In this document: positions 52,747-64,000 of the stretch, one piece after another
How positions within the stretch are numbered: position 1 is the first letter of the stretch
How the letters are laid out: each line of letters begins with the position of its first letter
Assembly: GCA_016748015.1 (NCBI GenBank)
Contig: JAAOMT010000566.1
Coordinates: forward strand, 124,001-188,000
DNA length: 64,000 nucleotides
Direction: 5' to 3'
DNA from: Geosiphon pyriformis uo1
Lineage: Eukaryota; Fungi; Glomeromycota
Notes under the pieces: model-generated
Told to the model about the DNA's origin: nothing
What the model saw: only the letters and a program-made list of their open reading frames with translations
Databases searched by the model: none
Made by a program: the position numbers and the translations under genes

Positions 52747-53250
52747 CAATTATTTATAATTACTTTTAATAATTTAGCATTAATTAAAAATCTATTTTAA
52801 ATATAAAAAAACTTAATTTTATTAGTTTTTAAAACTTATTAATTTTTATAAATTAATAATAAAAGAATAAAATTAGTTATATTAACTTAAACAAGCAAAA
52901 AAAAATCCAAATAAAATTAATTAGTTTTATAAAAAAATTTATTAATAATACAAATTAAAGTTAAAATATTCAATATACTAAAAAAAAATTTATTTATAAT
53001 TATATACAACATAATAAATAAAGATTTAAAAAATTTAATTTATTATTATTGTAATTATTGTGTTAAAAAAATATAATTATTCAGAAAAACATAATAAATA
53101 AAATAAAATCATGTCTTACTTATAAAAAAAATAAAAAAATATCAATATTAATTGTTTATCAAAATAAAATATATATAAAAATTAGTAAACAACTATCATA
53201 AAAACAATAAATAATTATTTTTACAAAAATTTTAACTAATACTTAAAAAT
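52747..53250 (+). mobile_element. Ghost element E, segment 3 (Cys-rich linker, deletion to RH end, IN start)
   Basis: Aligns to the reverse complement of A ~9760-10140, then to NADCLSRMRHT* and MNNHLYKNLSQYLE. Confidence 0.65.
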
Positions 53251-56200
53251 TTTTTTATTTATTTTGGTTTAATGAGTGTGGTCCAATTGCCATTTAGAAA
53301 ATATGTGATTTATATACATTATAAAGCCAAATGCAATTCATGTGCTTATGACATATGACCAGCCACTTGGGCCAACCCAAGTTACACTACAAATTAGCCA
53401 CCACTAATACCATATCTTCCAAACCTGAAAAAATCAGACAACTAGTACACAAACCAGAATACACCTTTTTGGTCTCATTTATATTAAGCAATCTAACAAC
53501 TCCACTACTCAATCTATCTCTAACATTATCAGCTAAAAGTAATGTACTGCCATTGGCAACTATGTGACTTGCCTTCTCCATAGATGATTGGTGGTTAGAC
53601 CTTTTATGCTATATTACAGATCTGTGGGCTGAGGCCAGATTCTTAATAAAATCAATTACCATTACACCAGCCACATCAGAACAACCAAGAACATCCAAAG
53701 TCTTACAATACCAATCACTTGGTATAAAGCCTTTAGCCAACATGGAGTAAAAACCAACATTACTTATGCAAAAGGATAAGTTTCATACCACCACAGAAAG
53801 TGAGACAATGACATTAGACAGTGACAACCACCTCATGCAAAATCTAGACAAAATCTTATTATGAGCTAACATATTAGAGAAACACACAAAAGAATAATTA
53901 GATATGTCAATCATATCACAAAACAGATACTTGACACTAAGGTAAAAAATGTCATATACACACTTGCAGACCACTACAAGCAAACAGCCATGCAATGACT
54001 TCATAAAATATGTTCTCAAAGCTGCCAACTAACAGCTTGTGTAGCCAGTAGCCATGTGATTATCAAGATGCCAGACCACAAAAGTTCTCTCCCAATCCAC
54101 TGTATTGACACTACAAATATTATTGATTTTGGCTTCAAACTCATTTTCCTAATTCATTCGATATAATATTTGGAAGAAATTTCTGACATAATATTGAACA
54201 TTACAAGATAACACCAGATTACCTGATTTCAAAAAAAACTTATTGACACAAGTAGAAAACATGGCATCATAACAGCAAGCATCTGAGACAATATTATCAG
54301 TGCATACATTTCTCAAGACACCAAAATGGTCTTTGACTTTAAGTCAGAACACAGCAAGTGATTTCCTTTTAAAAAAGTTGACAATCTGTCTACACTCCAT
54401 CCATAGATTCTTCCTGAAATCTGAATGAGCCAAAAGCAATTCATTAAAACAAGCAGAAAGAGCAGTCTGGCTATCAAAGTGGACAAAAACACTACTACTT
54501 AAAGAGACACAAGCGAGCATGAGAGCTATGGCTTTGAGTTTAGCTAAAGTAGAGGACATAACACCCTAAACTCTTGCACCAACACCAAGGCCAAAATTTG
54601 GGAAGAATGCAGTGGTCCTGGCAATAACAGAACAAGAACCAAAATGTTTTACAGAACTGTTTATATACACATCAAATAAAACCAGACCAGAATTCAAAAA
54701 AATAGTTTTAGCCTTACTGATTGTGTTAGTAACAACAGAATTCACCAGATGGTCAACAGACATACATGGCTCAACATCAACAGCTAGCAAGTGAATGCCC
54801 AAAAAGCAAATAACCAAGTCGAACCAAACTGGAACAGGGCCATGTGGATCCAAATGTTTCTAATGCTTGAAGCATTTTTAATTAAAGCACTCACCCTTTT
54901 TGTTTAACAGTTGATCAATGAAAGCAACTCCATAGTGCTTCAGTGAATGGACTACTCTGAAAAATACACCATCCCCAAGAATTTCAAAGATTGGCATACT
55001 AGCAAAGTGATGAAAAGCTGTTAGCAGAGCAGAAAAAAACAGTCCACAAAATGAAAAAATCTTTACTATCCCAGCTAAAAAATTATTCTTAGGATTGACT
55101 TATAATCTGATAGAATGGCAAAACAAATAAACAGGTAACCAGCTGGCAACTCTCAAATCCAAACTCCAATAAATGAAAAGCTGCCCCAAAATATCTGGAG
55201 CATTTGCAAAATTAATAATGGAGGATGACTTACTCTCAAATTGTATCTGGGCAAATGTTTTGATGCCATAAAAAAAAGGATGTAACAATACAATTGTGAG
55301 AAAATCATGAAGGAAATGTGCCTTAAATTTTAAGTTCTTTCTAATTATAGCATCTCACCTAAAGCAAACAGTGCTAAGAATAAAACTAAATTGAGTCTTG
55401 TAGCTAATAATAAGTTGCAAAACAGACAATACCAGATAACAGAATTGTTTATCAGAGATAGCTTTGCACAAAACCACGTTCAAAAAAAGTGTACATCTGA
55501 ATGCATTTTTAGTAAACTCAGCTTGGAAAGCTTTTTTGTTGATAAAAAAATGTCCAAATATCAATAAGATTTACTTTTTCTGGCCACAGCAATTGGTATA
55601 CTATTAATGGACAATAAAACGTCCTTAACTTTTTGATTAATAGGAATAGCAACAGTCTTTTCTGTGTTTATAGAAATATTATTAAGAGCAAAGAACTTAC
55701 TTGCAATGTTTAAAATATATTGGGTGACAGTTTGACTACTGCTTATCCAGATCGTGTTATCTATGAAAGCCCCAGTGGCAAAGAAAAATATTATCTCTAC
55801 TTGTAATTTTACTCTGTCTGACTTAGCAACAAATTTCAAGTCAATTCTGTATTCACACAAGTGTTTGTGTCTTTTGATTTCACACAAAAGAGAATTATAA
55901 AAGATTCTTCAAAAAAGTAGAAAAAACACTTCATCTTGGTCAAGTCTATTCTGCACCTTATAACCATCAGAAAAGCCAAAATCTGTTATAACTTTATTGG
56001 TTCTGTTCAAATAAATATTCTCAAAAAATCTAATAAATCTATCACACATTTTAATGTGCTTCAAACTAAACTTTAGATGAAACCATCCCACAAAGTTGTA
56101 AGTCTTTTGCATGTTCTACAATACCAGCCAAAGTTTCTTTTCCTTTTCTAAGGCATCTTTTATAATTGAACCAATGACAAACACAGGTAACTGAGTTGAA

Positions 56201-59200
56201 GTACCTCTTAAAACTAAGAAATTGTTACCTCTAAGAACATTAAATACACTGCAAGCCAAAGATATGCAGTCAGACAAAATCTTCAATAAAATTTTATGAG
56301 CAGTTTCTATTAAAACTATTGGCTGTGTATTAGTAAAACATTTTTCTCATTTGTATGGTTTAAAGATTATAGAGATTCAGGCACATTTCCACAAAGCTGG
56401 AATATTTCCATGTACAAGACAAGAATTCAGCAAGTCCAGAAGACAACCCAAAACCAAATCATCACTATGCTTCCAAAGTTTATTCGAGACACCTGAGAGG
56501 CCAGCAGCCTTGCCATCCAGCAAATTCTTTACAACTGCATGTAAATCTCTCAACCCAATTTCATTCATCACACCAGAAAAAGCATTGTCTATTGCATAGT
56601 TCAAAGAAGCATATTGATGAGACCACAAATCAGGTACTCTGCATTTCTTAGTCTAATTAACCATGATACTATCAACTTTGGCCTTTACTTCAGCTAGTTC
56701 TAGAATTAAATCTCCATCCAATACCAAGTAATCAAAAACAATCTTGTGAAAGAGACACTCTAAAATACTACTAATCATATTTTTTTTCTCTAAAACAAAG
56801 TCATCCATATATTTACCAATCACTTTGTTGATAGAAACACTCTTAGCCAGCTCAGATTTAATATATTTAGTCTTACAGTAATGTTTTTTGGCAACTAAAA
56901 ATTGTTTAAAAACCTCCACAGAATTGCCATATGCTTCAAGCAAACCAAGAATTTTGAAAGATTCTGCACCATCCAAAACTGACCAAATTTTAACAAGATA
57001 GACAAATCTTAGAGAATTACCCATACTCAGAGCCCTAACTATCTTGGCAATTAACAATTCAAGCCTGTAGAATCTAGAAGAATATTTGTTCCTGGAACAA
57101 TTAAAGATACTGTACCAATGTTTAGAAAAAATAGAGTTTGCTAACTTTGTTAACACTTTTTTCAAAAGATTTTACATAGAATTCAAGTCACCAAGATCTC
57201 TAGCAGCAGTGAAGTTATTCCTCAAAAGTGACATCTTAGCAGCTGCACAATCTTCAAAACATTTTCATTTAGTGGTATTTAAGTCTTTAAAATCAAACTT
57301 CCAATGGTCTGTATTTGCAAGCTTGTGCAATAAATTTAACTGCTTGTCTAAAAGACTGCCCAGACCCACTGAGACTGACACAGCTAAGTAATCAGTATCA
57401 AAATAATCAGAAACTCCACTAATACATCCACCAAATACAGCTGACAAGAGATAATTACTCACAAAAATAAAGTCAATAGTCTTCTTTACCCCTTTAAAAT
57501 TGTACTATATAGGAGACTTGGATATGAGATTGCCTAAAAACACATTGTGTAACCCCAATTCTGAGCATTTTTTTGAAATTTGCACTATGTCTAGCACTAT
57601 CTTTATTAAAATTGCCACTGAGAAGAACATAAAAGCTGGAGCTAATTGCAGATGCAATAAAGGTATTGATAGCAGAAGCCTGCTTAAATCTCACACCAGT
57701 CAAAGCACTAGCATACAAACCCAAAATTGTAACAGAAGCTTTGCCAGCAAAAAGAAAACAAACAGAAATGAGATAGCCAGAGACCTCCAAAACTTTGCAC
57801 ACATAATAAGCAAAATTCTCATTCAAAACAATCGCAACTTCTGACTCTAAATATCCAAAATCCATCTTAGAACTAAAAACTTTCAAACCAGAAAATCTGT
57901 TTTTAATTCATGGCCCAGCATAATTTTTAAGTTTTGTCTCAGTAAAAACAGAAACCGAATTGCAAGAATCTCTATGCCATCTAATAGCATCATCCTGTTA
58001 AGCTAAATTGTTCAAACCCCTGACATTACATATAGCAAATTTCTAGACCAAAACACTTAGTAAGAGATAAGAGGAGCTGACAAATCCAAACCAGAACACA
58101 AACAATCCAACTTTTCCAAAACCGACTCAACTGACACTTCCAAAGCCACCAACTTAGATTCCAACCCACCCACCTTGGTGGTCAAAACCTTAAAACTACT
58201 TGAGCTAAAATCGGCAACTGTGTCTACAACAACTAAAAAAGAAAAAACAGAAAATGCCAATGTATTATTTAACGCCATATTTGAATCCAAAACAGAATTC
58301 AAAGGCACTGAAATGACCAGAGATAACACAGATAACTTGGATGCCAAAGGCACTAATTCTACAAAGCTCAGCTACTGTGTAATAGTAGAAACCTGATCTG
58401 TCAAAAGCTCTAAAAATCTTTTCAAGACTGCTAAACAATTACTTAAGCCAGAGAAGTTGGTAGAAATAAAAAGAAGGGCATTACCCAAACCTGAGATCCC
58501 ATAAGAAGAATGACTAAGACCAGACTTAGAGTGAGCACTACCAAAAAAACAGCAAGTAAGACCACTTGGGCCCAAGATTTGCTACCAAAAGCAGCAAGGT
58601 AAGAGATCGGAACACATTTTTTTTCATACAACTTAGTAAGCCAATAATGAGTTTTCTCTGAAGCAATCTTTTTATAAGCTCTCTTAGAAAATGGCAGCAC
58701 AACTGCATCTAATGTATCACATTCAAGAGCCGAATGTCCAAAGTGCCCACACTTTTTATAATGAACTAAATCCATTCTAGCCCAAGAAAGTTTCACTCCA
58801 CTAAAAATAGGCTCCATGTAAAAAGCAGATTCCAAATCATTGTCAGAGGCAAAACCAACCACTACACAGTGAATCCTATTACCAGTTTTTATAGACCTGT
58901 TTATAATGCAAGTTTTCCTACCAGCCCTTTCCAAAAAAGTGCCCAAATCATGAACAGTTGTTCCCACTGGCAAAGTGAACAGTAAAGCTCTGAACTGATC
59001 CCTCAATGCCCATGTATTGTGATCTCCCACAGCTTTGGCTACACACACAGAGTCTTTTTCAATTAGAAATAACCATTTTAATGTCAACAAATCAGCTTGA
59101 CCTAACTTAGCAAACTCTACCACAGCCTTCTGCTACATATCAATTAGTTGAATCTTGATCGACTTAATTTCCCCAAATTTGAATACTGTGGTGATAATCA

Positions 59201-60058
59201 TATATCTAGATGTATTTATGAGAATTTCTTTGATTACCACAGCCCAATCTGACCTCATTCTTTGTTTCTTAAGATCACTGTTTATGTCAATCCCTTTTTC
59301 TCTGGCCAATGATATGGCCATTTCCATGCTTTTTTCTGAAGTAAAAATAGATCTGATGATCCTCTCAAATTTTGAGAGGATAATGGCCCCCCCAAAACTA
59401 TTAACTGAAGAAAAAAATTTTCTAATTAACTAAGTTTTTGCCATTGCTGATTTTCTTTCTATAGTTGAAAGGCTAATATCCAAAGCAAACAATTTTTTAA
59501 CTAACACTTTTACAGGAGTTTTGATGATTTTTGGATCAATCCACTTCTTGTCAAGAGAAATAGACAAGCAAGAAGAGAGTACAACTTTATCATCATCCAT
59601 ACAGAAATTGGGAGAACCAAATGGAGAACCAAAAACAGCACTAGTGTTAACTTGCTTTACCTTGGGTGTAATAGCAGCTGAGCCCAATAGAAATCGACTA
59701 TTCACACCAAACATGCCAACATTCTTATCATTATTAAATAGACTATCCACATTAGAGTATACACTATCACTAGGCCCAGATTTACTCAGGGGTATATCTT
59801 TTTTATTACCAGAGTGTTTGACATTACTAAAGACCACTTTTTTCTTCTAAGAAAAGAAACCACCAGTAAAACCATAAAAAGCACCTTTAAAAGCCTTCTT
59901 CTTAGATATGGTATTATTTACAGTAGTCTTTATATTCACGAAAAATGGGTTATTACTAGGTAAAGAAATGTTAATATAAATTAAAAAAAACAAATAACTT
60001 TTTTCACAGAAAAATGTGCTTTTTTGAGAATTTTTGGAGATAAGAGAGAAAGAAATTC
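53251..60058 (-). mobile_element. LINE L5, full-length
   Basis: T tail at 53251; candidate TSD CTTAAAAAT at 53242-53250 and 60059-60067; ORF2 relic 53387-58060 (GAFIDNT); ORF1 relic 58057-59909. Confidence 0.92.
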
Positions 60059-62340
60059 CTTAAAAATACTATAATTAGATAAAAATATAATAATAAAAAA
60101 GCTAATTAAGTTTCAAAAATTATCAAATCATTATTTTATTTAAAATTAATAAAATTTAGATAATTTATTAAAAGTTATAATTACAAATAAAAAAAACTAT
60201 TTTATTTAATATATATTTAAATATTTATTTAGATTATTTAAAAAAAAATTATTTAACATATAATTAATTATTATTATTAACTAAAAATATATTCAAATAT
60301 AATCTAATACATAAAAAATTGTGATCTATATTAATAAAAAAATAAAACAAAAATAATTAAATCATTAAGACCAATAAAAATTAAACAACTATTTAATAAA
60401 ATTAAAATTAATTTAGTTAGATTATTAATAATAATAATAAAAAATAATTAATATATTATAATAATAATAGACTATTTTATAAAATATTCAAAAGTTAAAA
60501 TTATTAAAATAATTAATATTATATCAATAATTTATTTTGTATATAAAAATTTAATTTGTTAATATAGATATTTATAAAAGTTATTGTTAAATCCAAATAC
60601 ATATTTTATAAACAGCATATTAAATAAATTTAGTCAAAGATTTAGAATTAAATAATAATAATTATTATTATTATATTATCTATAAATTAATAGATTAATT
60701 AAATAATTCAATTATATACCATGTAAAATACTAGTTAAAATTAATAATAAACATAAAAAAATAAAATATTATATAATTTATATTATTTAAATTAATTTAT
60801 AAATAAAAGTCATATTGTTAATTAAACTTTTTATTTCAATATATCTAAGTAAAATTGATATTAAAACAATATTTTATAAAATATTGCTTAAAAAAACATC
60901 TAAATTAATAAAAACTATAAAAAAAACCAGTTTAAAATATAAAAAAATATAAAAAAAACAAAAAATAAGACATAATAATTAATTATTAAATAATATAAAA
61001 TTAAAAACAAAGTATTATTGTATTATACTAAAACTAAAAAACAATAAATTAAAAAGTTTAATTACAAGTAAAATAGATTATAAAATATTTATAAAATATT
61101 TAAAAATAAATAATATAAATTAAAATTAAATAAAAAAGATAATATATAATAATTAATTAAAATTATATTATAATAAATTAGTAATAATAATACAAATATT
61201 CAAAATTAGAACACAATTAATATTAATATTATTGGACCAGATTTTATAAGATTTAAAACCAATAGTTTTATTTAAATTTTATTATTTAAAAGATAATTAA
61301 TCTTAAATTATATTAAAAAAAACTTAACAAGCATAAAAACTTATAAAAAAGTTTAAATAGTAATTAAAAATTAAAAACAATAATGCATATTTTAAAAAAC
61401 ATTAGCAAAATAACTTAATAATTATTGAGAAACTTATAATAATTAATAATTTTAAAATAATATACATAAAAAAAATAATGAAAAATCCAAAATAAAAAAA
61501 AACATAGTTTTAAACTATATATTATTTTTTTTAAATATAATAACAAATTTAATAACAAATTTATTAAAAAATTAAAAATAATATTAAACAATACATAATA
61601 ATAATAAAATTAATAATAATAAAATTAATACCAAATATATTTAAAAATTTAAAAACAAAATTTTCAATTAATTATTGCTATTATTAACTTAAAAAACATT
61701 TAAATATACACATTTAAAATATTTAACAAAACAATAATATTTTAATTAGAAAGTTTTATTAAAAAACCAACAGTATTTAAAATATTTAAAAACTGTTATA
61801 AAATACTATTAAACTCAATTATAAACATAATAATTATTAATAATATTAGATAATTAATTAATTTATAGTTTTAAAAATTACAATAATAAGTTAATAACAC
61901 AATATTAAACTACTATAATAATATAAAATTTAAAAAAAATAATATTATGATATAAAAATTTAATAAAAATTATAAATAATAAAAATTATTTAATTATAAT
62001 ATAGCATAGTAATAAATCTTAAAAAATAATAATTTACAAAAAAATAATATTAACAATAAGTATTATTTTATAATAACAACAAATATTATAGTATAATAGT
62101 AATAAATCTTGTATTAAAATATCAAAAATAAAATATTATAATATGTTTTTTTAAAGAATTATAAACATATATATATAATAGTTTTAATATTAAGAAAATT
62201 ATTTATATTATAATTAATAAAAACTTTATTGTAAAATTAAGAAAAATGCTAAAAAATTATTAATATTTTATGTTTTTAAATTAGAAAAACACTTTAAACA
62301 ATTGTAAAAATAAATTCAAAAAATTTTTAATAATAAATAA
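60059..62340 (+). mobile_element. Ghost element E, segment 4 (integrase with core, ORF3, partial 3' LTR from ~61943)
   Basis: Decayed LRPIKIKQLFNKIKINLVRLL..IDYFIKY (IN core); ORF3 end at ~61780-61930 aligns to A 5710-5870; LTR aligns to the A LTR. Confidence 0.7.
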
Positions 62341-62400
62341 ATTTTAAATTAATTTTTAAGAAAAAATACATAAATATACAATAAATATACAATAAATAAA

Positions 62401-63736
62401 AAAACTTCTTTCTTTTTTTCATCTCAAATTTCCAAAAAAAAGTCATAAAGTTTTTTTTATAATTCAGTATGATAAATCAAAACCATTTTTGTTTGATTAG
62501 AAGACCACTGTTGTTCCTAATATTGCTATTATAAAGAAGACTATTAAAGATACTAGTTTAATAGATGGTTTCAAATCTGTGCTGTCAAGAAAAAAAAGGA
62601 GAGATAATGTTTTAAATAATAATATTAAGACTAAAAAAGCTTTTGCTAAGAAATTAGATAGTCATTTTTAGGAGTCAAAAGCTAGCAATATTATTAAATT
62701 TGATAGTGTTAATATAGAAAAAGAGTGTCTGATTGAAAAAACTATTTTTGACTATGGTAATAGAACCATTTTTAATGATAAAAATACCAACCAGATGCTA
62801 AAGAGTTCACATATTAAAACCAAAAAGACTCTGGGGAAGTGACTGGAAAAAATTAATTTTTTAAGTAATAGCAATAATAATGATATTTTATTAGACACTT
62901 CTCTAATTTTTTTTCTCTTTTTGAAAATTTTGGTTAATATTCTAGTTAGAAAATCATTTGCTCTAGATATTGGCTTGAATAAAGTGGTTGAGAAGTTTTT
63001 TCAAGAAAAGTTAGTAGTGGTCAGAAAACTATTTTTGAAAATCAATGGTTTTGGAAAGGAGTCTCTATTTCCTTAAAATTTGTTAAGATTATTAAAATAA
63101 CATTCACTTTTAAATCAAACTTGGTTCAAACTTCTAATATAACAAAAATGGCAAAAATCTTAGTAAATACCAATCTCAAAAAATTTGCTGGACATTCAAA
63201 TTAGGCTGTAATAATGAAAAAAATTCCAATTGAGATGTCAGCTAAGACTGTATATACTATACTATTTAAATTTGGAGTTATTAAGTTAATTAAAATACAA
63301 TTGGTGGAGCTGTAGCAAAAAACTGTAGTAAAATTTGAGTATTTAGATTATACTAATTTGGTTATGATTAAATAGTCTGTCTTAATTGAGAAAAATACTG
63401 TGTAAGTTATCAAAACAAATATGGACAAGAAAACATAGAACACAAAAGATTATTATAGAACACTATTTTATACTCTGTTAATAGAAATTAACACTCATAA
63501 CATATGAAATTTTATTGGTTTTGTTGGTAAAAAAACATGTGTTATTAATCATCATCCAGTTTTATATGTCCAAGCTAAATGTGCTATTGTTTGCTTCAAC
63601 TTTGCTGAATTATTGGATGCTATTATGAAAACTACACTAGTGCTTAGAAATACTAATCTGTGCTGATCACATCTGAATTTTGCCAAGTGTACTAAGTATA
63701 AGAAATTTGGTTATATGTTATTGGACTGTTCTATGA
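62401..63736 (+). mobile_element. LINE L6 5' part (5' UTR and ORF1), cut by a probable LTR insertion
   Basis: 5' pyrimidine tract like L1 and L4; RKSFALDI, IKLIKIQLVEL*QK and CTKYKKFGYMLLDC ORF1 relics. Confidence 0.8.
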
Positions 63737-64000
63737 TGTTAGTCATAAAGAAAACATATAAAAAAAATAGTAGAAAAACAGATAGACCAATAGAAGAGTA
63801 ATAGTTAATATATAAGCACATTGCTCAGCAATGTGAAACAATATTAGAAATTACAGCACATTGCTCAGCAATGTGAAACAATATTAGAAATTACAGCACA
63901 TTGCTTAGCAATGTGGAACAATATTAGAAAATTAGGGCACATTGCTCAAGAAATTATAGCACATCATTCAGAAATGTGAGCGATCTTGTAAAACCTAAAT
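63737..64000. mobile_element. Probable start of another LTR, truncated by the window edge
   Basis: L6 ORF1 stops abruptly; new sequence begins TGTTAG and contains tandem repeats. Partner LTR is not visible. Confidence 0.5.
63816..63980. repeat. 40-bp tandem repeat containing the palindrome CACATTGC-N3-GCAATGTG (3 full and 2 degenerate units)
   Basis: Units start at 63816, 63856, 63896, 63937 and 63959. Confidence 0.9.

Noticed and set aside
63816-63980. CRISPR array
   Set aside because: Intervening sequences are identical or nearly so, no cas genes, eukaryotic TE context

Overview
AT-rich eukaryotic (fungal) DNA. Beyond about 2.75 kb it is almost entirely a nested graveyard of retrotransposons, and I found no intact host gene or RNA gene. 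The families resemble ones I recognise from Glomeromycotina (Geosiphon-like) predicted proteins; this is inference, not a search result. LTR elements: two structurally complete Ty3/Gypsy elements (A 4766-13370 minus, with dUTPase and a deleted integrase core; C 26695-34440 plus, with a -1 frameshift signal), three decayed ones (B, D, E) and the probable start of a further LTR at the right edge. LINEs: six copies of one superfamily (L1-L6; ORF2 = APE-RT-RNase H-CCHC). Target-site duplications give the nesting order: LTR remnant < L1 < A; D < B and C; E < L2, L4 (< L3) and L5. Best leads: (1) a transition-only C:G>T:A hypermutation not restricted to CpG (RIP-like), which leaves frames intact and progressively erases repeats into AT ghosts; (2) a Gypsy layout with integrase as a separate ORF after a Pol stop, followed by a conserved non-env ORF3; (3) Cys-rich, dUTPase and pseudo-dUTPase inserts in Pol; (4) a conserved, probably pseudoknotted LINE 3' UTR and an ORF1 module swap between LINE lineages. 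All alignments were done by eye, and boundaries in decayed regions are approximate.
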